A stretch of DNA of 64,000 nt from Rhynchopus sp. YZ270_cl-10 (lineage: Eukaryota). The notes beneath the pieces were generated by a model. That model ran no database searches, was not told where the DNA came from, and saw only the letters and a list, made by a program, of their open reading frames with translations. Of this stretch, positions 24,513 through 35,550 are shown one piece after another. The position numbers and the translations under genes are program-made. Each line of letters opens with the position of its first letter. Positions within the stretch are counted from its first letter, which is position 1. The stretch spans positions 1,240,001 through 1,304,000 of the forward strand of contig OZ037840.1 of assembly GCA_964035575.1 (NCBI GenBank), written 5' to 3'.

Positions 24513-27419
24513 ATGGTGCACTCATGTGTGCCCGTGCTGCTGCTTGCACTGCTGTGTGGCGCTGACGCTGCCCTGAAGAAGCCGATCCGCCTGATCGGTG
24601 TCTTCGCCACGTCGCCGCCGGTCGCACCGCACGACCAAGTCTGGAACGCTCTTGTGCCGTGCGAGCGCATTGTGACTGAGGGTGACGACGACTGCTACAA
24701 GGGCGGCTTCCCTGGGGTGGCTGCGTGGATGGAGCACTATTCACAGGACGTGCGTGGGACCATCAAAGTGACAACGCCAGATTACAAGTCCCGCATGATC
24801 TTTGGACATCCCCTTGGCCTGGATCTGAACTACGAGATCTGGGACAGGCTTGGTGTCGACTTCGCCACATTGAGGGCAGAGCTCTTGATGACGCGAGCCC
24901 CAGACGCATCCGTTGTGGAGAACTTTGTTGCAAACATGAAACAGCCAATGATCCTGACGGACCTTGCTATTCAGGACAACTTTGTCTACCTTCTGGGCCT
25001 GCTGACCATGTGGCATGTGAAGGTGATTGACGGTGTGCAGATCGGTGTGATCGTGCTGTGGTCCGAGACTTACCTCGGACGTCGTGGTCAGTTCATTCCC
25101 CACAACAAGCTCATCCCCGTGGTGACAACAAGGCTGCGTGCCCAGGGTGTGGCACAGATCGTGGTGCTGCGCCTTGGTTATGCGGGTGTGGAGGACGAGA
25201 TGCAGCAACTGACGACGTACGACGTGGACGTGGTTCTCACGGACGTTGTTGCGGGGACAGACTTTGCTTCGAACGGGACGTCTGTTCTGTATGTAAGTGT
25301 TCAGAAAGACGGGGCAGCTGCGTACCCAATCGTGACGTTGGACTTGACCGAAGAAGTGGACGGGTCGAAGTGGTACTACAGTGCAACGGAGGTGAGTGCA
25401 CGTGACCTGCCTGTTCCTGTGACGGACGCACGCTTTGCAGCAAACCTTGCCTGGATGCAAGAGCAGATTGTGCTGAGCCAGACAAACGACTACGTGGTTG
25501 CAACGTCGACAGCAGCGATGCCGTCCATCAATGAGGAAGGGTTCTACAACTGCCGTGGGGGTGACTGTGAGTTGGGCAAGATGACTGCAGATGCGATGCG
25601 TGAGTGGGCAGGGACGGACCTGGCAATGATAAATGGTGGTGCCCTGCGTGGTGTTGGGTGGGAGAAGGGTCCGATCAAGCGCAGTGCTTTGTGGGTCACG
25701 TACCCTTTTGCGAACCTTCTGTGCAAGGTGAACATGTCCGGCACTGTGCTGTTGGATTTCATGAACCGCGGAGTGAGTGCACTGCTTCCGGACGGAACAC
25801 GAGACAAGACGACACCCATCGGTCTGTACCCACAGATGAGTGGGATGCGGTTCACCATCAACCCCAGCCTCCCCGAACGTCGTGTTGTTTCGATTGATGT
25901 GCTCACACCCACAGGGGTGTACGAGCCACTGCAGAAGCGTAAGTTGTACTCCATTGTCCTCCCAGAGTTCATTGCAGGTGGTGGTGACGGGTACGGGATG
26001 CTTCCCACGAACCAGCACGACGGGTCGGAAGGCTGTGGTATCGACACTGCACTGGAGGTGACAGAGACGTACCTGAAGGCTGCATCGATTTACACTCCGT
26101 CCTTGGGTGACAGAATGAGTCTCAACATGGCTGGGAGTGCACTGATGATGACGAACCACACGAAGTACAACTGCACAGAGAACCAGAAGTACGATGCATA
26201 CTGGCAGCACTGCGAGGACTGCCCTGAAGGCTTCTGGAACCCAGACATGGACAGCCCTGTGTGTGTGGAGAAGTTTCCGAGTGAGGTGGACATCGGGTTG
26301 ATCCTTGGCATCGTGTTTGGTGTTCTTGCCCTGCTTGCGATCCCGATTGCGTGGAAGATGACAGAGAAGCAGCGCCGCATCAACGCGCTCTTCAACAACA
26401 ACAAGATTGCAGAGGAGTGTGCCATTGCGGTTATGGACCTCCGTCTTGGCGACCTTGACTACCTCCACGAGCTGGAGAAGCCGAACACGATTCAGTCTGC
26501 GTTTATTGCCATCACGAAGCAGATGAAGGTGTACATGGAGTTTATGCCGAAGAACCTCATTGCGGAATGTCAGGGAAGCGAGTCTGATTCTTCTGAGTCT
26601 GATGACTCTGGCGATAACTCACAAGGATCCGCAAATAGCCTGAAGAGAGGACTGCAGGCGAAGATGAAGCTGACGACAATTTTCCTCAAAACGAAGCGCA
26701 TTGCAGCACTCACACTGAACAGCAAGGGGCACCTCAAAAGCATCAGCGACGATGTACTCGCGAAACACTCACACTTCATCGAACAATTCACCACAATCAT
26801 CACTGCACACAAAGGCATTGCCGAGACACTGAGTGGTGACAGGATGCTTGCCACATGGAACACTGTGACCGAAACTGTGAACCAAGCGATGCACTCTTGC
26901 AAGGCAGCGATCGATCTGCAGAAGGCACTCGACAACACAATGTACATCGGCATCGCAAAGGGTTCTGCACAGTTCGGTCTGTTTGGCGGGGAAGGCACCA
27001 AGCAGTACGATGTGCTGGGCAGCGTGATCCCGTCTGCCTCGCTGCTGATGGTCCTGAACAAGCAGTACAACACTTCCATCCTGGTTTCGCCCGAGGCGGA
27101 GAAGGAGGGGAACAGCTTCTTCTACTTCAGGATCATAGACTACGTTTGCTACAGGAAGCTGGTACCGGAAGCATCGTGCTTTGTGTTTGAGCTTATGTCA
27201 GCGAAGGACGACGGTGGCTCAGAATGGATGTATGAACTACAAATAGCAGAGGGCAAGAACCCTTGGTTGGGTCTGAACAATGCGTGGCACGACTTCATCC
27301 AACAGGGTAGTATACCCAAAGGCAACGGAGTGGAGCTGAGTGGCATTCTGGCTGAGCTTTATGAGAAGAAGCACAAGGGTGAGTATGTGGCAGAGTCGGC
27401 GCTTCTGGACCTTATGTAA
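24513..27419 (+). CDS. Single-pass receptor: signal peptide, 5'-nucleotidase-like ectodomain, Cys-rich stalk, TM, degenerate class III nucleotide cyclase domain (968 aa)
   Basis: N-terminal hydrophobic signal. 5'-nucleotidase C-domain motifs CRGGDCELG, AMINGGALR, YPFAN, PQMSGMRF, EFIAGGGDGY. Stalk CEDCPEGFWNPD...C. TM IGLILGIVFGVLALLAIPIAW. Cyclase-like LSGDRML and IGIAKGSAQFGLFGG...YDVLGSV. Confidence 0.9.
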   Translation: MVHSCVPVLLLALLCGADAALKKPIRLIGVFATSPPVAPHDQVWNALVPCERIVTEGDDDCYKGGFPGVAAWMEHYSQDVRGTIKVTTPDYKSRMIFGHPLGLDLNYEIWDRLGVDFATLRAELLMTRAPDASVVENFVANMKQPMILTDLAIQDNFVYLLGLLTMWHVKVIDGVQIGVIVLWSETYLGRRGQFIPHNKLIPVVTTRLRAQGVAQIVVLRLGYAGVEDEMQQLTTYDVDVVLTDVVAGTDFASNGTSVLYVSVQKDGAAAYPIVTLDLTEEVDGSKWYYSATEVSARDLPVPVTDARFAANLAWMQEQIVLSQTNDYVVATSTAAMPSINEEGFYNCRGGDCELGKMTADAMREWAGTDLAMINGGALRGVGWEKGPIKRSALWVTYPFANLLCKVNMSGTVLLDFMNRGVSALLPDGTRDKTTPIGLYPQMSGMRFTINPSLPERRVVSIDVLTPTGVYEPLQKRKLYSIVLPEFIAGGGDGYGMLPTNQHDGSEGCGIDTALEVTETYLKAASIYTPSLGDRMSLNMAGSALMMTNHTKYNCTENQKYDAYWQHCEDCPEGFWNPDMDSPVCVEKFPSEVDIGLILGIVFGVLALLAIPIAWKMTEKQRRINALFNNNKIAEECAIAVMDLRLGDLDYLHELEKPNTIQSAFIAITKQMKVYMEFMPKNLIAECQGSESDSSESDDSGDNSQGSANSLKRGLQAKMKLTTIFLKTKRIAALTLNSKGHLKSISDDVLAKHSHFIEQFTTIITAHKGIAETLSGDRMLATWNTVTETVNQAMHSCKAAIDLQKALDNTMYIGIAKGSAQFGLFGGEGTKQYDVLGSVIPSASLLMVLNKQYNTSILVSPEAEKEGNSFFYFRIIDYVCYRKLVPEASCFVFELMSAKDDGGSEWMYELQIAEGKNPWLGLNNAWHDFIQQGSIPKGNGVELSGILAELYEKKHKGEYVAESALLDLM

Positions 27420-28180
27420 CACAGTCGCGGGTTGCTTCTAGTTGCGAATGGGGTTTGTATTTGGTCGAGGTCTCAATCAGTGTTTGATACTTGATTCACC
27501 CTACCTTTGGCACTGTGGGCATATTTTCAATAATTTTCTTTGTTGTAGGGAAAATTTTTGTGCAGCGTAGTTGGCTTCGTTTTGTTGTGGTTAGTTTTTT
27601 TCTATTATTTTTGTCAGTTTCGGGCTCAGTTCTTTGTTTCATTAATCAAGTTTTAGTTTTTATTCTCCGTCCACTGCTTGTGGTCCAAAATTGCTACTCC
27701 CGTTGACAAGGATGCACACCTCAAATTCTCTGCAGTGCCCACCTTGCGGAAAATGGACGTTTTCCAGAAAACCCTTCAGCTGTTCATCATCTGCCTTGTT
27801 GGAAAGCCGCTCAGTTCGCCTTCATCACTTGCACCAGTATCGTGCCGCAGTCGCTCTAACCCTCACAGGGTCTGCCCCTTCCTCAAGGTGTACAGTTACG
27901 TGGAATGCAACCACGGAGAGTTTCGTGGGTCAGGAAGCCCATTTTGCCTCCGTGTTTCCCTCTGTCCCTTGATGTGCGTTATATGTTGTGTTTTTTTTAA
28001 AGAGGAAAAAGTATATTCCCGCGCGCGAAGCGCGCGGGGAAAAATTTTTACGAGTAGTTGTTCCGCGAGCGAAGCGAGCGGGGAAAAAAATTAGGGGTAG
28101 TTTTTCCGCGAGCGAAGCGAGCGGTAAAGTAAATTCCCGCGCGCGAAGCGCGCGGGAAAAATTTTTAGGGGTAGTTTTTC

Positions 28181-28770
28181 TACTGTGTACTGTGTACTGT
28201 GTACTGTGTACTGTGTACTGTGTACTGTGTACTGTGTACTGTGTACTGTGTACTGTGTACTGTGTACTGTGTACTGTGTACTGTGTACTGTGTACTGTGT
28301 ACTGTGTACTGTGTACTGTGTACTGTGTACTGTGTACTGTGTACTGTGTACTGTGTACTGTGTACTGTGTACTGTGTACTGTGTACTGTGTACTGTGTAC
28401 TGTGTACTGTGTACTGTGTACTGTGTACTGTGTACTGTGTACTGTGTACTGTGTACTGTGTACTGTGTACTGTGTACTGTGTACTGTGTACTGTGTACTG
28501 TGTACTGTGTACTGTGTACTGTGTACTGTGTACTGTGTACTGTGTACTGTGTACTGTGTACTGTGTACTGTGTACTGTGTACTGTGTACTGTGTACTGTG
28601 TACTGTGTACTGTGTACTGTGTACTGTGTACTGTGTACTGTGTACTGTGTACTGTGTACTGTGTACTGTGTACTGTGTACTGTGTACTGTGTACTGTGTA
28701 CTGTGTACTGTGTACTGTGTACTGTGTACTGTGTACTGTGTACTGTGTACTGTGTACTGTGTACTGTGTA
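28181..28770 (+). repeat. Satellite (ACTGTGT)n, 7-mer
   Basis: Near-perfect 7-mer array, ~84 units. Confidence 0.98.
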
Positions 28771-29034
28771 CCGTGTACCGTGTGTTCCTTCAAAGACCTG
28801 TACAAAAATTTCACGGCCGTTGTTTTTTTTTTAACGGCCGTGAAATTTTTGTACATAAGAAAGGCGCTTTTTTTTCACGGCCGTTTTTTTTTATTTTTCA
28901 CGGCAACGACGGCAGTGGGTCGAGCATTTTTTTTTCATTTCCGTGACGTCCGTTTTACTTGTATGAAAAGAAAAGAAAAGTGTTGTTGGCAGTGCATCGC
29001 GTCGTGGACGCGGCACTAAAGCAATGATATGATG

Positions 29035-30627
29035 TTTTTTTTTTTTTTTTTTTTTTTTTTTGCATTTGTTTGATTAGCTTGAAAAGTAAAGAGTATAGAA
29101 AAAGTAAAGATAAAATGTCCTCCCCTCTCATCCCTTTTACTGCGATGGTCGGAGAAGGTCGTCTGTCTCTGCGTCAATAAATCCTGCCTCTACGAGGTAG
29201 CGCAGAAGGTCGGCTGCGTGATCCTCCATCAGTGCACCGTATGACGTGGTTGGGAGTGGTCTCAGGTGCGCCGCTTCCTTGCACACACCGAGAACGTGTC
29301 TGAGCGTGGATCCCTCCCTGTCCACACAATGCACATGCTGCTTTCCTGTCCTCTGCGTATTTGTCATATACTAGAGGGTGGCGACTCGTCCGCAGTAGTC
29401 TGATGGTGACAGCGCCTCGCCTGGTCAGGCCGGGCGTGCGCAGTGCAGGTCGGTGAAGCTGCTTCGCGGTCGTTGTGCCACGGGCGTAGCAGTAGATCGA
29501 CGAAGCAGCCGGTTGCGGTACCTTTGCAAGCGTGAGCCGGCGATGGCACGCTCGAATGCACGCCAGGCTGATCGGTTCCGTCTGGTTCGAATTGCGGGCC
29601 GCCCGTTTGGACAGCTCGTCAGCAGCTTCGTTACCCTCAATACCTACATGCGATGGCACGTAGTGGAAGTGCAGGGTGAACCCTTCCGTCGTTCGCTCGC
29701 GAATCAGGTGCCAGATGCGGTGCAGGATCTCCTCCCTCGTTCCTTTAGGACCACCCTGCAACTTCATCAGCGCCGATTGGCAGTCAGTGAGAAGTACCAC
29801 CGTGGCCGGTGCCTTCCACACTGTCAGTCCCTCAAGCCCTAGGCATAGTGCCACCAGCTCAGCTTGGTAGGCCGAGCAGAGTGTGCCTGCGCCACGGGAT
29901 GCTTGGTGTGCCCTCACTGGTGTAGTGGAGCCATCGTTGTGGTAGAAGATGGCCCCTGCTCCTCCTTGGGGGTGCGCTGGTCTGGTGGTCAGTGAAGCGC
30001 GTGGTGTTCTGTCTACCGTGTGCAAGGATCCGTCTGTGTAGACGCGTCCCGTGTGGGGTGGCAGAGCCGCAAGAGCCAGTTCCGTCCTTTGCCGGTTCTC
30101 TTCGCTGCTTGTGGAGTCACTCTTGCTGACACCCGGTATTTCTGGTGTGATCAGCACGTCATTCAGCATGCGGTCCCACTCCCACGGAGCCACGGGGTCG
30201 TGGTCCAGTAAGGGTGCGCGTATGCTGTGGCGATAGGCTCCCGTCTCCTCCACGGTCTCCATCGCTTTGGCAAGCCAGCTGCAGCCTCCAGGCAGCTTGG
30301 TCGATGTCGCAGCAGCTCTACCAGGGGAGTCCTCCACCCGCATGAACTTCTCCAGGTCGTCCGCCGCTGCTGTTGTGAACAGAGAAGACACAGTGCTTAG
30401 CTGCGCCTCCCAGTACAGGTCTGTTTTCGTGGTCATGTAGTCGCAGCCTGTAATGACCTTAGCTGCTTTGCGGTGAAGGTTCTCCAGCTCTTCCTGGACC
30501 TTCGTCGGTATGCGCTCTCCGTACACACTAGCCGCATGCGTCACTGTCGGGTACACGTAGCACAGGTAAGCCGCTCGGAGCGTGTGCGCGTCGCATCCCC
30601 AGTCTGTTCCTGCCAATTGGTGCAGGA
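29035..30627 (-). mobile_element. 5'-truncated Ingi/L1Tc-like non-LTR retrotransposon (RT C-terminal region, RNase H, Zn knuckle, poly(A))
   Basis: LAGTDWGCDAHTLRAAY; RNase H motifs VYTDGS, SAYQAELVAL, LLTDCQSAL, YVPSHVGIEGNEAADELSK; CALC...H...C knuckle restored by removing one G near 29317; T27 run at 29035-29061 is the poly(A) tail. Confidence 0.88.
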
Positions 30628-30808
30628 TTTTTGGATTTTGAACTGAAAATTTTGGAGCATAAATTTGGAGAACAAAATTACTATGTCCGAGTTTGAGGCC
30701 CAAAAATTCCATTAAAGCAAGAATTTTTAACTTTGGAGTATCTGTGGTACTCTCATATTTTTTCCTAACTCGCACAAAATTTCTAAAAACGGTTAAGTTT
30801 TTTATCTA

Positions 30809-33598
30809 CACTGTGGCTAGGGGTATGGGGATAGGTTCGCTGGGATAGCATATTTGGGGATAGCATATGCCATCCCCAGGGGATAGCATAACCTATCCCC
30901 GGGGATAGGTTATGCTATCCCCCTGGGATAGGTTATTTCAGGATAACCTATCCCCCTGGGATAGCATTTGACTGTACTTTACTAAGGATCTGCGTGCTGG
31001 GGACACAAAAATTTAGTATCCCCACCCAGGTGCCCATTTGTCACCTTCCCACCCCTTAAAAAAATACAAAATAATGGGGGGATTCGGGTGCCCAAATAAT
31101 CCTATGCACAAAAAATGAAGCGGGGGGGGGGAATAGGGGGTATCAAAAGCTGTCATAAACACGTGTTTTTTTCTTTTTGACAAAAATGCATTTCAAAGTG
31201 ATTTTGACCATATATTCCCACCCACACCACCCAAAAAATACCCCCTCGCCCTGTTTTGACCCCAACCGACCCTTTTTTGGCCCCACAACAGGCAAACTGA
31301 AAATAAAAAAAAAAGTGGCAAGGACTTGGTACCTTGGGAGGGTACTAGGACCTGGTACCCTTTTTAAAACATGGTTCTAAGTTTCACCAGTCCCTCTAAA
31401 CACCCCAAAACCGCCTGGGTACCCCTCAGGATAGGTTCTGGGGTGAAAGTATGTGGCTTTGAGGGCTTTTCTAGTCCCCAGAGGCGTCTCAGAGATATTT
31501 GACACACCCAACGCTCCATTGTTTATTTAAAAACGCTTGCATTTGCCTTGTCATGAGCACCAACACCCCCAATAAGACCGCCAGAACGTCTCTAATGTCC
31601 AAAAATCACCACGGAATTGATTCCCCGACCTCAAAATAGGTGGAGTACCATGTTTTTTGGGTCAAAAATGCGTTGTGTTCCATCACTGTTCCCCTCCCAA
31701 CCCGAGTGCCAATATAGTGCCCATAGAAATAGCACACCTACAGGAAAACCAAGATTTTCAAGAAAAATCAAGAAATCAAGAAAAAAGCGTGCGTACTAAG
31801 GTGGATAAACACCCCGAAACCGCCTGGGCACCCCTCAGGATAGGTTCTGGGGTGAAAATATGTGGCTTTGGGTCCACGGTGGGGTCACATGTGTGCGCAA
31901 AAAACACGCTAAAGTACCCTTACTATGAAATATGAGATTCTCTGCAAGCATGTTCCCAGATCACGAAAAAAGGGAGGCGTTTTTGAGCGTATCGTCCGAT
32001 GCGGTGCAATTGCAGAAAGTGATGGGGTCATTTTGGAAAAATGGACGAATTTTCGGTATTTAAGTTTTCACCATTTTTTATTGCTGTGCACTTTTCGAGA
32101 CTGCCGATTCTCGTAAAGAAGGGTCATTTTCAGTTCTTGATTGAGAACAGTAGGTAGCGCCGCAGGCGCACGGTGCCCAACTTTTGTCTTTTTTTTTCCC
32201 CCTTTTTCTCTGCTTTCTTTTGATTGCGCGAGCCCATTGCTCTCCACGGTGGGGTCACATGTGTGTGCAAAAACACGCTATAGTACGTTTACTATGAAAT
32301 GTGAGTTTCTCCGATTTAGTAAGGAAACCCCGGTTTGCAAAAAAAAAACGTACCGAGCAAAATCGCCAAAAATCTACGGTAGTCGGTAGCAAGTTAGCGC
32401 GACCCCTGCCGTAAACTCGTGTTTTTTTTTTTTTTTTTGAAATATGATTTTGAAATATGAAATATGATATATGATGCCCCCCAAAACCCCTTCTTACCGA
32501 TAGCCCTGCCTCTGGACTGTTAATGTGACGCAGCTGAAGAGGTTGTCAGTGTAGAAGGTCGAATTCAATTATTGGTGTGATTTTCAAGATTACTAAAATA
32601 AGTCTAACTTTTCTGGGAAAATATGTAGAGCCACGCATCGCTCCCATCTGCCATAAGTGCTTCGTGCTCATTTTTTGTCAAGTTATCCTTGACCTTCTTG
32701 TGTGCAGACTTAATCGCGGATGTGACAGTTGGCGTTACGTCAGAAAGGTTGCCGAAGTGCTTGGGGAATACCTTTCGGATCAGTTCCCTGAGGTCCGTCA
32801 CGTGGATGCTGTGTTTGGGTGCAGGAAGCACGTACAGCTTGAAGAAGTCTGCGAAGAGGTCTTTTTGTTTTGGAATTCCAGCTTCATCTGTGGGTGCGAC
32901 GTTCTGCGGGCTTCCAGACATTTTGTGGTGTTATTCTGATGGTGATGAGTGGCAACAAGAATAATTATAACACCTAATGTCTGGAGGCCCGCAGAACGTC
33001 GCACCCACAGATGAAGCTGGAGTTTTTTGCATTTCTATTTTCTCCCGCACACATTTGGTGTGTAATTGAATTTTTTCGTTTGCCTGGTCGCAACCGCGAG
33101 TTTTCCAGGTACTTCCGGAAAAAAGACTGGGGAGTGCTGGTGGCTCCGTGTCTCCACAGAGCCGGCACACTTCGTTGAGTGCCTCACAAAAACCACAAAT
33201 TCCTATTTGCTTTTATTTGTTGTCGTTACGCTTTATCATTGTTGTTGGGTGGGGGAAATAAAATTATTTATCCCTTTTCCCCCCGCTTCATTTTTTGTGC
33301 ATAGGATTATTTGGGCACCCGAATCCCCCCATTATTTTGTATTTTTTTAAGGGGTGGGAAGGTGACAAATGGGCACCTGGGTGGGGATACTAAATTTTTG
33401 TGTCCCCAGCACGCAGATCCTTAGTAAAGTACAGTCAAATGCTATCCCAGGGGGATAGGTTATCCTGAAATAACCTATCCCAGGGGGATAGCATAACCTA
33501 TCCCCGGGGATAGGTTATGCTATCCCCTGGGGGATGGCATATGCTATCCCCAAATATGCTATCCCAGCGAACCTATCCCCATACCCCTAGCCACAGTG
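30809..33598. mobile_element. Long-TIR DNA element beginning CACTG with ~330-bp inverted arms and nested repeats
   Basis: 30809-~31140 is the reverse complement of ~33270-33598; the arms contain GGGGATAG/CTATCCCC repeats; no convincing TSD. Confidence 0.8.
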
Positions 33599-33816
33599 CA
33601 CATTCTGACCTTGGCGAGAACAACCCGAGAAGGTGCAAAGCGTACCTCCGAAGACGTGTCTGCCATTTCAGGATGAGGTGCAGGAGGCATATTCAGCGTG
33701 GTGGTCACGTCCATCTCCCAACACAGAACCCACACCACCCACCAGTGCACACAACACACATCCACACACCCCTGCTCCACACATAGCAAAGGTTTGTGAG
33801 GATCAAAAGCCCAACG

Positions 33817-35550
33817 ATGCGGTGCCTGAACAGCGCACTGACCATTGACGGGTCTCTCAGTGCTGACGAGGTGAAGAAGCGCACCATCATGTTTGTGTTT
33901 TGTGTGGCCTCAACTGTCGCGAGTCTCTTCATTTATGGGGTGCACGGGTACTACCTGCAAGGACGCAACCTTAACATGATAGGGGTGAATGTATTCAACA
34001 TTGGCTGCTGGGTTGTTGTTGGTAAGGTGCTCTGCAAGCAGCAACTGCACACCAGGTTCGTGGTGGGTATGTTGTACTTGTTCGGCATTTGTATATTCAC
34101 ATGGGACTTGGACACACGTGCACTTAGTTATACTAGTTGGCCACTTCTCATCCTGATTGTGGACATGTTGCTTGTGATGCAAGTGGCAGCACGGTACAGT
34201 GCAGGCTTCGTTGCTATGATAGTGATGTGGCTTCTCCTGATGTCATGTGAGGAATCCTTCAGGTTTGGCTTGCTTGACCTTCCTGGGTTGCCACCGTACG
34301 AAGGTGAACACAGCAGGAGAGAGAAATTCAGGAGCGAAACAGACTGCGAGTTCCTTCCCTGCAAGAAACCATTTCCCCCATTTGGCGCCATTCCCGCCAT
34401 TGCTGTCTTCCTGATCGACTTCTTCGTGACACGCAGGTTTGCGCAGAACGTGCTGAAGGAGCAGGAGTCAATGCGGCGCACGATCAGCGTTGTGCAGGAG
34501 ATTGCGTCGCTTCTTGCGGGGTACGACGTGGAGCAGGTGGCGGAGATGCTGGACGTGCATGGGGGTGACCTGCCTGAGGGGATGACTGCTGCCCTGTGGA
34601 GACTGGAGAAGAACCTGCGCATGTACAAAGCGTACCTCCCGAAGACGTGTCTGCCGTTTCAGGATGAGGTGGAGAAGGTGGACTCAGAGAGCGAAGGGGG
34701 CGACGTGACAGAGACAGCAGATACATCCACAGAGTCTTCACATTCGAGAAATGAGAACTTGCCAGTGTGCCTGCCACTGGGTCTGTCCCCGGTCAAGACA
34801 ACCCTGCTGACACTGAACGTGAAGGACACCCTGCATTTGCTGGAGAGGGACAGTGCGACCTACTCCTCCTTCTTCACCACTCTCCTCCTGAAGACCCTGC
34901 AGGCAACAGAGACAAGACGTGGGATGGTGGACGTGTTCATCGGGGACAGGATCCACTGTTCGTTCAACGCCTCGAAGCAGTGTGCGACACATGCCACATC
35001 TGCACTGCACGCAGCAAGCCTGCTTCTGAAGGGTGCGAACAGCTTTTGTGAGAAGGTGAATGCTGGTGTTGCGACTGGGAAGGTGCTGCGTGGTGACATG
35101 GGTTGTGAGGTGATGCGTCGGTTCAGCATGGTGGGGGAGCTTGTGCGTGATGTGAACGGGCTGGAACGTGTGGGGCGTATGCTGGGGTGTGATGTGGTGT
35201 GCAACAGGATGTGCTTCAGCGATGCTGAGTGCGAACACCAACTGCGTCTGCTTCCGTGCAAGGTGGAGGTTGCCTCTGGCTGTGAGGCACAGGTTGTGGC
35301 AGAAGTGATGTCTCAGCTGAGTGATCCAGAAGAAGTAGCTGACGAGTGGATGTACATGATAGGTGAGAAGAAGCATTGGGAGGAGTACAACATTGCCGTG
35401 CGTGGGTACCTGCGTGGTGAGCAGTCTGACCTTGACGTTGCTGAGGCATGGACAGCTGCGGGAGGGGTTGGCACACCAGCACGCGCAGTTCCTTCTGGGA
35501 CGTGCAGTGTTGTGTTGCTCTACTCAAAGAGTTGTTACGTAAATCTCTGA
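33817..35550 (+). CDS. Multi-pass membrane protein (~6 TM) with degenerate class III nucleotide cyclase domain
   Basis: Several hydrophobic helices, hinge LEKNLRMYKAYLP, cyclase-like VDVFIGDRIHCSFN and AGVATGKVLRGDMG...FSMVG, C-terminal EWMY motif; first ATG at 33817. Confidence 0.85.
   Translation: MRCLNSALTIDGSLSADEVKKRTIMFVFCVASTVASLFIYGVHGYYLQGRNLNMIGVNVFNIGCWVVVGKVLCKQQLHTRFVVGMLYLFGICIFTWDLDTRALSYTSWPLLILIVDMLLVMQVAARYSAGFVAMIVMWLLLMSCEESFRFGLLDLPGLPPYEGEHSRREKFRSETDCEFLPCKKPFPPFGAIPAIAVFLIDFFVTRRFAQNVLKEQESMRRTISVVQEIASLLAGYDVEQVAEMLDVHGGDLPEGMTAALWRLEKNLRMYKAYLPKTCLPFQDEVEKVDSESEGGDVTETADTSTESSHSRNENLPVCLPLGLSPVKTTLLTLNVKDTLHLLERDSATYSSFFTTLLLKTLQATETRRGMVDVFIGDRIHCSFNASKQCATHATSALHAASLLLKGANSFCEKVNAGVATGKVLRGDMGCEVMRRFSMVGELVRDVNGLERVGRMLGCDVVCNRMCFSDAECEHQLRLLPCKVEVASGCEAQVVAEVMSQLSDPEEVADEWMYMIGEKKHWEEYNIAVRGYLRGEQSDLDVAEAWTAAGGVGTPARAVPSGTCSVVLLYSKSCYVNL

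Noticed and set aside
24741..26468. 575-aa antisense ORF
   Set aside because: Shadow of the GC-rich sense gene; it is split in the near-identical paralog.
30628..30775. Apparent N-terminus of the 533-aa LINE ORF
   Set aside because: AT-rich repeat sequence (related to ~63005-63030) unrelated to RT; not a real start.
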